Positions 39,950 through 52,329 of a stretch of DNA of 64,000 nt are shown one piece after another. A model generated the notes under the pieces. It was given only the letters and a program-made list of their open reading frames with translations. It was not told the DNA's origin and searched no databases. The stretch is from Octopus vulgaris (Eukaryota): the NCBI GenBank assembly GCA_951406725.2, contig OX597818.1, forward strand, positions 65,038,001 through 65,102,000, written 5' to 3'. The position numbers and the translations under genes were made by a program. The first letter of the stretch is position 1; each line of letters begins with the position of its first letter.

Positions 39950-41110
39950 ATGTAGAGGATTTAAGTTTCAAACATTGAAATGTTAAATGATAAAATGCAA
40001 AACTGACGGAAATCCGTACGTGATTGAATGTCTAATTTAAATCGATTTTCATAAAATATCTTAGAAAATTTGTAGAAATGAAAATTGATGACGTGCTTGT
40101 AGAGCTCTTACACTTGAAGACGTTGTTCTGTGTTTTAAGATTGTGAGACCCATAATTTTATAAATAGTAGTGGAAGTATGATCTTATATCACTTATAATA
40201 CAGGCTACAGAAAAAAAAAGCCAGATAAACGTTACAGTTGCCAACGCAGGATGTATATCGGTCCAAAACGGGATTCTAATTAGTGAAAACCAAGAAAAGA
40301 CTGGTTACATAAAGACATCGTAAACCCTTAACTAATTTCTCTGGCGTCAAGCAAATGGTCGTAAGGATTCTGGTTTACACTTCCTCATCTGCGACATCCT
40401 GTACTTGAATTTTTTTTCTGAATCTGCTACAATTTAGTCTTTGTAAAAGATCTTTTTAATTGAAAAAACATCCATATATTTAGAAGTTACTATCATAGAT
40501 TCCATTATTATATCATGATCTATGTGTTGTTTTTATGCTTAGATCGTGATGAGCCATTTTCACACACATTATAACCGAAGGTTTTGCAAATTCCACCATT
40601 ACACAAATTATTTTCACATTTTCCACCAAACAATGCTTCCTTTCTTTCTTAGTTCAGTATTCTTGTTTTGCAACGATGACTGACAGCTATTTCAAGTTGG
40701 TGATGAATTTTTACATCGCGGATATTTATTCGTTTTGTCATTTACTTTTCAACATGAGTTTTGTATTCTTCCTCCATTTGTTGGAATATCATTTGAGCAT
40801 TGATAACGACATAAAGCAATCTATTGAAGATTAGGTTTCAAACGGTATGTATAGGTTTTCAAAGAATCACAATTATCCAAATATCCATTACCATAAATTT
40901 CGTGTTGTTTCCCTCATAATGTATAACGAGTTAAGGGTTTCATTCTGTTTTTCATTAAATTTCAGGCTTTCTAATTGACAATCCATGAAATTATGTACAT
41001 TTGCGCAGTCAGAACTTGAGAGTCTATAAAGCATGTTTGTTCCCCAAATGCCCAAATGATATACAGAAGAAATTCCCCAATGCTCGTCTCAACAGCAATA
41101 AATAAAATCA
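39950..41110 (-). pseudogene. Decayed membrane receptor relic: Cys-rich/EGF-like ectodomain, TM, possible TIR
   Basis: CRYQCSNDIPTNGG, GGKCENNLCNGGICKTFGYNVCENG, TM PALATVTFIWLFFSVACII followed by RSYFHYYL, then RFKLDIQSRTDF. Confidence 0.3.
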
Positions 41111-42008
41111 TTTTAAAATTACTGTCACATAATTCAATGCTAACAGAATTATATATCCCTTACTAGAATATACTGCTTCCTCGAGCTTCCTATGTGTGTG
41201 TGTGTGTGTGTGTGTGTATTATTAATTACAATTTCATCTTAAATCAAGTAAGCACTTAATAGTTACAAGACAATAGTGTTCTTTTTTTGTCAGTAATTTA
41301 CAAATATATCGTTTCGTGTTTTGCATAGTCGAACAACGAAATACGATTTCGTTTATTCAGCATGAAGGAAACCGAATTATTAAATAAGAAATATATCAGC
41401 AGTCCATGATTTATCCCATAATATTTGGTGAGCTCCACTTATTCTACATGATTAACAAAAGCAGACAAATGTACGCTCGTCAATATAAAGTAGATAATGG
41501 GTCAAGCTACAAACGTGATAAGATAGCTATGCAAGTAAATCTTTCAGAGAAGCGACTATCTTTGTTAAAGTATTTGTCAACAATTAGAATCTTCCTTGGT
41601 TTTGGAGTGGTTACTCTACATACAACAATGTAAGAAAATAACAGACACGGTATGTGTTTGTGAAACCTAAATTTAACAATGAGATATGAATTTAAACAGT
41701 TTACGTTAGTACAATTTATTCATTATTTACAGTGTGCAACACACCTTATTTTCTGATTCACCATTAATGATAAACATATCAAAGTAAAAGTAGGATGTCA
41801 ACCAACCAAAGCAATGTTAAATATGAAAAAAAAAAAAAAAATAATACATTTTAGCTACGAGAAGGCATCGTTATTACTCGTCTACCTTCACAAACGCCTC
41901 AACAATAGCCGTGTAATAAACGGGAGTTACATTTGCTGTACTCTCTAATTCAGTTCAGTGATGGAGCGGGACATTTTGTATCAGATTATTACTCTCGAGA
42001 TAATACAG

Positions 42009-42606
42009 ATATTTTCGATCTAATTTGGATTCTTTGCCATTAAATTTGAATTCTTTGCAATCCAATTTGAATTCTTTGCAATCAAATTTGAATTTTTCAA
42101 TTGGTTTTCAAGCCTTGAAAAAAACAGAGAGTTAAACTACATCAGCCGTAAGGGAATACATGTCTATCTTCTCTAACTCGTCCAGTAGAGCCCACCAATT
42201 GATATTTGAAAAGTTCGATGAAATAATTCATGAACACTGCGATAGCTTCTACCAAAATATGATTCAACATTTTTACGTCGTTGACCGATCTGAACAAGGG
42301 GAGATAATAAACGAATGATTCTTTTTCTATTATTTCCCCTTGACCAGACCGGTCGACGACGTAAATATGTTGAATCATATTTTGGTAGAAGCTATCGCAG
42401 TGTTCATGAGTTATTTCATCGAACTTTTCAGATATCAATTGGTGAGATCTACTGGACGAGTTAGATAAGATAGACATGTATTCCCTTACGGCTGATGTAG
42501 TTTAACTCTATTTTTTTTCAAGGCTTCAGTACCAATTGAAGAATTCAAATTTGATTCCAAAGAATTCAAGTTTGATGGCAAAGAATCCAAACTAGATCGA
42601 AAATAT
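42009..42606. repeat. About 600-bp imperfect palindrome (foldback/MITE-like)
   Basis: 42009-42310 is the reverse complement of about 42325-42606 with scattered substitutions. Subterminal 21-bp tandem unit AATTTGAATTCTTTGCAATC differs in copy number between arms. Confidence 0.9.
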
Positions 42607-43809
42607 AATATAATATAATAAGAGTTTTCGGTTTCAATTCCAGAGGTTAACAGTTTAAGCAACGGATTACATTTCATATAATTCTATTCAGAGCAAATTG
42701 AGCATCAGCAGAATTCTGGTATAGCAGTATTTCCTCACCCCCACTCTTGATGATGAGTGTGGGAGGTACAAGAGTGTGTCCAGCTCTGCTCAAATGTAAG
42801 CACGCTCGTAAAAAAAGATAGATAGGAATAACGATAATGCATGCTATTAATGTGAGGGAAATTTTGATTTACTTGAAGTTTAAATAAATATTTAGTTTAT
42901 TAGTTCAGATGTATATGTTTTATAATATACTTTGAGATCGTATTATTTATGATTGCATATTAAAATAATAAAATTTATATTAGTAGAAATGTATGTTTAA
43001 GTTAGATAATGTGCATTTTAGAATACGGCTATGAAAATAATAGCAACCTCTTTATCAAACAATATTCATACAGAAATAAAAATATTAAGCAGTTATAGTT
43101 GATTCAATTGAAACAAACAACAGCGTAGTATTATTAGGTTGACACTAATAGATGAAAGAATATATCCGACACTACTGGGATTTCGAAACACATCCTAGTT
43201 GGAATGGTTTTCATTATATAATGGCAAATTTCTCTTTTCTGTCTCCGCAATACGAATACATTTCTGTAATGAAATACTCCCGTCTATTGTTTGGATTATC
43301 GTCAAGTTGCTGGGAAAGTTTGAATGATTTGTTTTCACTTTTGTTTCTGTTTTGCTTCAAAAGTGCAAATATTTGCATTTGTTTCGTCAGTTGCATGTTG
43401 AAAATATCTGAAAGTTATTTCTATAGTTTGGGCCAGAAGCATGATGGATGTATGTTAAGCAGTAAGGCTAATAATATTTTCTACTGAAGGCAGAACGTCT
43501 GAAATTTGGCTGGGGTGGAACTAGTCGGTTGCATTGACACCAATGTTCCACTGGTACTTAATTTATTGGCCCTGAAATGATTAAACGCAAGATCGGCCTC
43601 GGTTTAATTAGTGTGGATTAATAATATGATTAATGACTTTGCGGTTAGACAAAAATGGCCGATATAATAAGTACTAAGCTTACAAAGAATAAGTCCTGGG
43701 ATCGATTTTTTCGACTAAAGGCGGTGCTCCAGCATGGTCACAGTCAAATGAGTGAAACAAGTAAAAGAGTAAAAGGGTAAGAGAGTCAAAGTTGGACGAA
43801 CGACGTTCA

Positions 43810-44270
43810 ATTTTTCTGCAGCTCGAAGGGAAAGATGTCATTTGCCTAAAACCATATCCATGGCCTAAATTCTAGCAAAATATACAATTTAACTCTATGC
43901 AACAAACAGTAAGACGGCCGTGCTAGACATGCAAAGAGATTATCTCTATACTCAAGAATGAGAACTGTCCTGTTGTTTGATATCTATATAATATCTGTCT
44001 ACCAAATTTTACCCAAATTCTTCGGCCAATGTCGGATTATTCTACAGTGCACTTTTCCGCATAAACCCTCAATTCTATGGAACCTGAAACAACGGAGATT
44101 TCGAGATAATCTTCTTAAGAACAGTACTGCATTTATGTCGTGTATCTAACGGCAAAGCCAATTAATTTTTTGAATACTTGTCGCTTTGAATTTTTCTATA
44201 AGAGGAATATCGGTGACCTTACAGGCACTCAACACCCAGAACGAAAGAAATTCATTTTACACTCACATTG
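43810..44270 (-). pseudogene. LRR ectodomain relic (TLR array member)
   Basis: KQCECK, ISNNR...YRDNLFACL and GYGFRQMTS. Confidence 0.35.
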
Positions 44271-44608
44271 CTTAACGTTCGGTCCCACAGCCCAGCAGAT
44301 TTACTAAGTGTCTTCCGCAATGGACTCAGACGAAATAAATAAAACCTTCTGAGTATAATTTGCTGACAGAGAATTTATTAAAGCTCGTTGCAAATACGCT
44401 AACACCCACAGAGAAAAACACACACATACACACTCATATATATATGTGTATGTATGTATGTATGTATGTATGTATGTATGTATGTATGTATGTGTATATA
44501 TATATACACTCGCTCTGATACCATGAGTTGAGGTGATGTCTTCTAGTGCCTTCAAATTTAATACACAATTATTAATAATTGAGACGCAATTATTTATAAT
44601 TGAAGAAT

Positions 44609-44696
44609 CCTACGCTGAGGAAAATAGTCGGGTAAGACAAAATTATTTAATTTTTATGCTCTGCAATGACTTAATTCCGAAACGTACGTCCGTAGG
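44609..44696 (+). ncRNA. Type-I hammerhead motif with long stem-loop II
   Basis: CCTACG-CTGAGGA-[57 nt, partial AGTC/GACT pairing]-GAAAC-GTAC-GTC-CGTAGG: perfect 6-bp stem I, palindromic loop III, GUC triplet. Confidence 0.7.
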
Positions 44697-44982
44697 TGAC
44701 TTAATATAGAATGATTTTCGTCATTTCTTTCTCTTTTGCCTGCGTCGTTTGCTTTTTAAGTGCTTTGGTTTTACTGGGATCTCCCTTTTAAGTAGAAAGT
44801 ATAGCCAAAACTTTTTGACTGCTATTTCTAAATTCGGTGTGTGGTGAGGCAAATCGTTGCTAAACCCTTAATTACTTAGTATTACTTAAACCTTCCTTGA
44901 ATGGAGCTTTTACATGCCGAATTCTACTTGGTGAAATTAGTGATTATTTCTAAATTAATTAATTGATTTCACCCTTTATTAT

Positions 44983-45019
<37 letters not shown>

Positions 45020-45167
45020 TATAGTAAAAAAGAATTTCGTTGAAGAGATCGTCATCGCGTGGTGAGTTGTAAGAAATAAATTTATAATAAGAGAAGAAAA
45101 ATACACTCAATGCGTGAAATGAAAATATAATATTGCGACAGTTTGCCCATCTCACCCTGTATCTGAG

Positions 45168-45232
<65 letters not shown>

Positions 45233-45443
45233 GCATAGAATATTATGATTGTCGACCGGTTCCGCTTTTCGCTCATTGAAATTGGTGAAAATCTGGCATT
45301 TTCGTATTTTGTTGACAAGTTTTTAATCCATGTTGTGTGTGTGTGTTTGTATGTCTGTGTGTGTGTGTTTGTATGTCTGTGTGTGTGTGTGTTTGTGTGT
45401 GTGTATGTGTTTGTGGGGGGGGGTATGTATATGCGTGTGTGTA

Positions 45444-46329
45444 CAGGATGCGATCATTAAGCTATCGTCTAAATTACGCAGAAATGAAAATGACACAAAA
45501 AATTCATTTTAACAGATATATTTGCCAAAATTGCATAAAAATATCTTGAAATACTAAAGAGTAAATGTATTCAATAAAGTCGCCAATGGCGTCAACCACA
45601 GCCTTAAGAAGATTTCAGAATCTCCTGCAGCTCTTCTGAAGTGTTCTTGTTTAAGTTGGTGGACGCTGCCATAATCTTTGCCTTCAGTTCATCTTTGGTG
45701 TTACAAGGAGTTTTGTTGGTCTCTTGCGCAGCTGCACACAACACATAATAATCAAGCGGGGTTGCAGTCTGGAGAGTTAGGTGGCCAGTTGTTAGGAGTG
45801 ATGCGGTCGCAGAAATCGTCTGACAGCTATAACTGTGTTCTCCTGCTTATGTGGCATGGTGCAGAGTTCTGTTACCAGACATAGGTCCTTCCAGAAGCCA
45901 CCCACTTGACCCAGAGTGGCACTTCTTTCTCCAGGCACTTTATGTAGGCCTCCGTATTAAGTTTGAAGGCCATGTGGGAAGATGAATGGAGGCATAACAT
46001 TGCCATCACTAATGATCACTCCAAACACCATGATGTTGACTGAATGTTTCATTTGTATCACTCACGGTACATAATCTCAGATTGCACTATCCTCAGACTG
46101 ACACCCAAATACTCTGAAATATTCGTATTGGAGCTTCCGGCGCGAATGCCAAGCAGTGCACTATATCGCTTCCAAATTTCTGGCAGAGTGAATTGTATCA
46201 TGATGCTCTTCTTCTCACAGACAGCGCCTATATGGTCCTTCTCCACTGTGTAGTCGACAAAATAACCAACAAAAAACGCGCATGTGCGAAATGAAAGATA
46301 TTTTATGGCGACAATTTACTCATCGCGCC

Positions 46330-46332
<3 letters not shown>
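45444..46332 (-). mobile_element. Internally deleted Tc1/mariner-superfamily transposon, maT/DD37D-like
   Basis: TA-flanked imperfect TIRs CAGGATGCGATCATTAAG / CAGGGCGCGATGAGTAAA. Transposase relic IMVFGVIISDG..PPFIF..LNTEAYIKCL..YVW*QNSAPCH..WPPNSPDCNP/LDYY. Confidence 0.85.
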
Positions 46333-46403
<71 letters not shown>

Positions 46404-46502
46404 CGTTTTTGACTTCTTATATACATTACAACTCACCACGTCGGGATAATCGAAATTCATATTTTCTGTTACTACTATATATATATATACAAACATATAT
46501 AT

Positions 46503-46583
<81 letters not shown>

Positions 46584-46584
<1 letters not shown>

Positions 46585-47428
46585 GTTTATATGGAACACT
46601 ATAGAAAGGACAAAATAGAAAATAGGGGAGGCCAACTCTTGGTATGATAGCCATAAATACCAGAGTGTCATGTTCGTTGACACCACCCCTGGAGGTGAAC
46701 TGGCGTACCGCTTTAGAAGGACCTTAGACAAACTTAAGCTAAGGATTAAGGTTGTTGAAAAGCCAGGCAACGCTGTCGAATCTATAATTGGTAGAACCTA
46801 TCCTTTTAGTAGAGCCCCCCGTACGGATAAGTACTGTTCTGTATGTAGATTTAGCCCACAAACAAACTGTAAATCCAGATATGTAGTCTATAGTATAAGA
46901 TGTATAGAGGGACGATGCAGTAACAAGACAACGACATACGTAGGGGAAACGGCAAGAAGCATAGGAGAGCGGGTAAATGATCGTTGGAGAGAACTCAAGG
47001 AAGGTAAAAGCTCATCGATTATGTACCAACATGCCGAACAGGAACACGGGGTTCAATCAACAACATAGAAATTAAAATATTGTCCACACATTGAACAGAT
47101 GTAACAATCAGACAAATTACAGAAGCTACACACATAATAGAAGATAAACCTAGCCTGAATAGGAAACTGGAATGGAACACTAGCACCCACCACAACATAC
47201 GACGGTAGAGGAGTGTGATGAAAGAACTCTGGCCGAAATAAGATTAAGATTAATGTACAAAATAAATAACACTGAAGCAAAATAACACCAAATATGTAGT
47301 TCGTGTGTTTTTATTGGCTAAACTGGCAAAATGACCATTCCGAAATATAACAAGTGGTGATTAACGATTTAACGTCTATTCTCAGCATTTGGCAAAAAAA
47401 TCAGTTTTCATTTGCCCTTGTTTATAAT

Positions 47429-47430
<2 letters not shown>
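46584..47430 (+). mobile_element. Penelope-like element 3' fragment with GIY-YIG endonuclease (Naiad-like)
   Basis: MFVDTTPGGELA..CSVC..C.SRYVVYSIRC..YVGETARS..R..H...H, then after a frameshift RQITEA..I...P.LNRKLEW; embedded in (TA)n on both sides. Confidence 0.85.
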
Positions 47431-47512
<82 letters not shown>

Positions 47513-47559
47513 GTGATATCAAAGTTAAACAGAAATATTTGAAATTTCTATTAACATTG

Positions 47560-47847
47560 GCGTAGCGTGTAAAAGTTTAGTCAATAGACTATAAATTATT
47601 CATATAGATATAGTGTACATTTAAACACGTAAGATGCATCCATCATAGGACTCCTTGGACGCTAGAGAGGACAGTTAAATTCCAAACCACTCTCAGGGAT
47701 AAAATTTCGAAGGGAATGAAAAATTAAAACATTTATCATCTAAGTCCTGGACCAATGATTTCAGACTTTTTTTTAGCAAATAAAATAATTTGCTGGGCGA
47801 AAACTTCTTCAGCAGGTACACCTTAGATCGAGCTATCTATCTATCTA

Positions 47848-47908
<61 letters not shown>

Positions 47909-49760
47909 ATATATATATATATATATATATAGTGTGTATGTGTGTATGTGTGTCTGTGTGAATTTTGAACGACGCTTCGTGTGATATGTACCTTGCTACT
48001 ACTTGACAACCGGTGTCGGTTTGTTTCCATCCGCGTAACTTTAAAGTTCAACAGAAGATACCTATGAATTAAATACCAGACTGAAAATATATAATGTCGG
48101 TGATCTGTTCGATCAGGGCCCTTCTTACTGTACCCCAGCTTGTGCACAGTGAATGAATGAGAAAATCTAGAATGACAAGATATGTTTATAAGAAATAGAT
48201 TGAACTTTGAAGACTGACTGAGAACTATATTTCGGAAATCAAAAAGGTTTGCGATCTGTGTAGGTATCATCGTACGTGTTTGGTATTCAGATGGCAGTCT
48301 CTGTCATACATTCTTTCATATTGAGTGTGTCTAAGAATTATACTAAGTGTACATATGTCCCGGAAACAGACATTTAATTAGGTAGCTTAGGTAGTTTAGT
48401 GAAGAAATATCCACTGTCAACTTCTTTGAAAGTCGATGTAGTTTGAATTTATCACATCTAATTTGGATTTAATAATTATCATATTTTATGATGGTAATAT
48501 AATTAGCGGTGAAGAATTCCTGACAGCTTTAGTAGATCAGGTGCTCATACTTAGGCATTTTTAGGCATTGGATTGATATTTTGGTATTAAAGGAACGCAT
48601 GGGTTGCATTCCAGGGAAATGCAGACGTTTATGAAAAAAGAACGCGATAAGTTGGCATTTGCGCAGAGTGGACTATAATATATGGTTTAATGTGCTGTAT
48701 GTATCAGTAGAGTAACAATTTGTATATCGCGGTTCACCTATCACGGTTCACATATCGCGGTTTATTACTTAAGCTTACGTCGATTCCTCCGTGTTGTTGT
48801 TTTGCTTATATAATAAAATAAATATATACAAATTATAAACATTAAAAAAATTAAAAATACAGAACTGTTTCTGCTTCGCAGATTTTCACCTATCACAGGT
48901 GGGAGTGGTTTGGAACGTAACATCCGCGATAGTCGAGGGATTATTGTACTAGTAACTTGCCAGAAGAAAACATATCAAGAAGTGTGTCTTCTACTTTCTG
49001 ATTTCAGAGGTCGTTTGTTCGTATAAAAAAGATTATACACCATTTACTAATGACAGGAAATACTAGAAATATCGTTTCTGATATCAGGTTATTAAGCTAC
49101 AATTTGAATCCTCTATATATGTATTCTGAATACAAAAATCTTTTTTATTTCCCGTGTCAATAAAATAACCCCGAGCCATTATAGAATGTAAAATAGTAAT
49201 CTTTCTGAAACGCACAATAATGAGCTTAAATCTTACAAATACCGGTTAAATGAAATGCCGTGAGCAAATAATAGAGTTGAACTCATTGTGTTTCATTTGT
49301 GAAAAAAATTCTTAATATAATTCATTTCATTAAAGAAAATAGTAAATAAAGAAAACAAAATACTAATCATTTTTGCTCGGGGAAATAGTTTTGTTCGGGG
49401 AGAATACGAAGCGAGTAGAATATCAGTTGAACCAATGCTGTCAACGCTGATACTTTACATCAAACTAACACACCTTAATTCTTGGAATTTTCCTGGAAGA
49501 TATTTGAAGTAAAATTCAATTAAGAATACAGTATGAAGTGAAGAAAAATATAAACGAAAAAAGATATTGGTTTTAACAATCGATTCCTCCGTATAAACTA
49601 TAAGAAAATAACAGTACTCGGCTAGATGAATGCAAAAGATTTGTGCTTGAATGTGTTGGAAGCTACAGCGGCATAGTTCGCTTTACTCGCTCAGTATCGA
49701 TAAATAACGTTTGTATCAAATAGATACGAACCGAATATACATATCCGTGTTTTGTTCAAA
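47560..49760 (-). pseudogene. Decayed Toll-like receptor (LRRs ... TIR)
   Basis: VASNTFKH, FSSLHTVFL, PGKFQELRCVSL, IFFNEMNYIKNFF, ISFNRYL, ISLECNP, FFTKLPKL, LDTLNM, MIPTQIANLFDFRNIVLSQ, then TIR-like SLVQDLDDK / FHSLRNFIPE (47692-47722). Confidence 0.55.
48705..48946 (-). mobile_element. Tigger/pogo-like MITE, copy 1
   Basis: End CGCGATAGTCGAGGGATTATTG|TA, repeated ATCGCGG motifs; reverse-complement match to 58247-58467. Confidence 0.7.
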
Positions 49761-49869
49761 TGTAATATTACAACACTTGTAACAAGAGCACAAGTGTGAG
49801 TGCATATTTCGCTGTTGGATTTAATACATTTTCCTTCAACCTCTTAAGCCCAAAACAATAAGAATAGGT

Positions 49870-50095
49870 ATATATGTTTCTTTATTACCCACAAGGGATT
49901 AAACATATAGGGGTCAAACAAGGACATACATATGTATTAAGTTGATTACATCGACCCCAGTGCGTAACTGGTACTTAATTTATCGACCCCGAAAGGATGA
50001 AAGATAAAGTCGACCTCAGCGAAATTTGAACTCAGAACGTAACGACAGTAGAAATACGGCTACGCATTTCGTCCGGCGTGCCAGCTCGCCGCCTT
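49870..50095 (-). mobile_element. Meta-like tRNA-SINE
   Basis: Reverse complement begins AGGCGGCGAGCTGGCA; core CGACCCCGAAAGGATGAAAG.TAAAGTCGACC. Confidence 0.88.
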
Positions 50096-50131
50096 CTGTA
50101 AGAATATACATATATATATATATATATATAT

Positions 50132-51692
50132 CAGAGCTTTCTTGCAAGTGGTAAGCTCCCAGTCAAATTGAAAGAGGAGGTAGTATGCCCTATCCATAAG
50201 GGAGGTAGCAGAGCATATGCTAAAAATTATAGGCCTATCTCTCTGACCTCAGACATCAGCAAAGTCATGGAACGAATAGTCCGCAAGAAACTAATCATGT
50301 TCCTTGAAGAAAATCACTTGCTGTCTGACACCCAGCATGGGTTTCGACCAGGTAGAAGCTGCCTAACACAGCTCCTGCAACACTATGACTGGGTGTTAAA
50401 ACAGCTACTAAATGTCTCAAATGTGGATGTAATATATCTCGACTTTGGAAAAGCCTTTCATAAAGTCGACCACGGTATGATCTGTCACAAACTGCGTGGT
50501 CTCGGCATAGGCGGAAAACTTGGAGAGTGGCTGCACAACTTCCTAAAAGACAGAAGACAGGCAGTCGTGAGCAATGGAGCCACCTCCAAGGAAACACAAA
50601 TAACAAGCGGTATTCCACAGGGCACTGTCTTGGGGCCACTGCTGTTCATAGTGGCCCTTTAAGACATGCCCTCAGTTGCTACGATGGCCACCCTTGCTAA
50701 CTATGCAGATGACACAAACGTCTCCCACACAATACAAAACCCTGAAAATATTGCGCATTTGCAACAGGAGTTGGATACAATATACAGTTGGGCTGAGGAC
50801 AACAACATGCAGTTTAATGCAGGTAAGTTCCAGGCCCTGCGCTGCCGGCACACAAAGGTAAACGACGTGCAGACTGGATACGCTGGCCCAGGAAGAATTG
50901 CAATCCCTGAGTCAAAATCAGTGCGTGACCTGGGCATTGACATGAGCAATGATGCATCTTTCCAAATGCATATCACTAATCTGGTGATAAAATGCAGACG
51001 ACTAGCTGGATAGATTCTCCGAACTTTCAGAACAAGAGAGAAAGAGACACTGATGGTCCTCTGGAAAACATTCGTCCTCAGCCGCTTGGACAACTGCTCC
51101 CAACTATGGTCACCACACAATATAAAACTAACTGCAGAACTCGAAGCAATTCAAAGAAGTTACACAAAGAAGATCGTCTCAATGCAAAATATCAGCTACT
51201 GGGAAAGGCTGAAAGTATTAAACCTCTTCTCCCTAGAGCGGAAGCGGGAGAGATATGCGGTGATATACATCTGGAAACTCCTGGAGCATCTTATACCAAA
51301 CTTTGGCATTCAAAGTTACCCAAACCGCAGAACGGGGCGCCACTGCATGGTGCCAAAGATTCCAACATCACCATCAAAATACAGGTCCAGATACTGCAAC
51401 AGTTTGGGTTTCAGAGGACCACAGCTCTTTAACATCCTCCCTAAATGCCCGAGAGACTTACAAGGTGTGGATGTGGGTTTCTTTAAAACTAAACTGGATC
51501 TCTTCTTCTCTGGGGTCCCAGATGAACCTACCTCACGACAGGAGACACAGATGCGGGCAGCGGCATCGAACTCCCTTATTAAGTGCCACGTATCAGAGGT
51601 GGATTCACATATTAGTGTAGCTCATTCAACGGTGGTGCCCCAGCATGGCCGCGACCTTCGGGCTAAAACATTTTTAAGGATTTAAGGATTTT
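50132..51692 (+). mobile_element. 5'-truncated CR1-like LINE: reverse transcriptase and C-terminus, two nonsense mutations
   Basis: One reading frame: PIHKGG..NYRPISLTS..QHGFRPGRSC..YLDFGKAF..GIPQGTVLGPLLF..YADD..RDLGI; stops at 50660 and 51011; (TTTAAGGA)n tail; (TA)n on both flanks. Confidence 0.95.
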
Positions 51693-51945
51693 TATATATA
51701 TATATATATATATATATTTTATAGTAAAATTTTGTTTTTTGTTTTTTTGTACATATTTGAATATGAGAACATTAATAATAGGTTTCTTTATATTCAATTG
51801 TTTATAGGGTTTGTTTTAGATTATATGTTGATTATATATAGATTATATATAGATTATATATAGATTATATATATTTATATTATTTCATTGATAAATTTAT
51901 ATTATTTTAATTTTATATTTTTAAATATTGATATTTTTAGATCGG

Positions 51946-51999
51946 AAATCCACCTGACGAATGTCATTTGAAGACATGAAACAATTGTAGTGGCGATTT
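51946..51999 (+). ncRNA. Canonical minimal type-I hammerhead ribozyme
   Basis: aaatCCAC-CTGACGA-ATGTC atttgaa GACAT-GAAAC-AATT-GTA-GTGGcgattt: all core nucleotides intact, 5-bp stem II, palindromic loop III, GUA triplet; lies in an approximately 400-bp AT-rich unit bounded by (TA)n. Confidence 0.85.
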
Positions 52000-52329
52000 A
52001 TTTACTTTATATTAAATTTTTTTATGTATTGATTAAGTCTTTCCTTGTTTGATTTGCAAAGTAGTGGTTTTGTCTCGAATTAATATTATATATATTATAT
52101 ATATATTTATATTGATATGTTTTATCACTTATATGAGATGTATTTGACATTTTAACAATGGAAGAATCCGTGATTCCCAACATGTTAATGTTCTATTCTA
52201 CATGAATTAATCGACTGCGGTACAGGTGCATCTTCATTGTGAGTGAATTTTGCAGGATTAATGTTTCTAAACTTCAATAAAAAGAACGCTACTTAATTAC
52301 CAGGTAAAATCGCCCGCTAGAAAAAGTAT

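Noticed and set aside
42142-42477. 111-aa ORF inside the palindrome
   Set aside because: No recognisable motif; open frame likely incidental to the foldback.
47088-47096. In-frame TGA in the PLE C-terminus as possible selenocysteine
   Set aside because: The copy has other stops and a frameshift, the position does not obviously correspond to a conserved Cys, and I see no SECIS; ordinary decay is more likely.
50295-51620. Overlapping alternative-frame and antisense ORFs in the LINE
   Set aside because: By-products of the higher-GC RT coding sequence.
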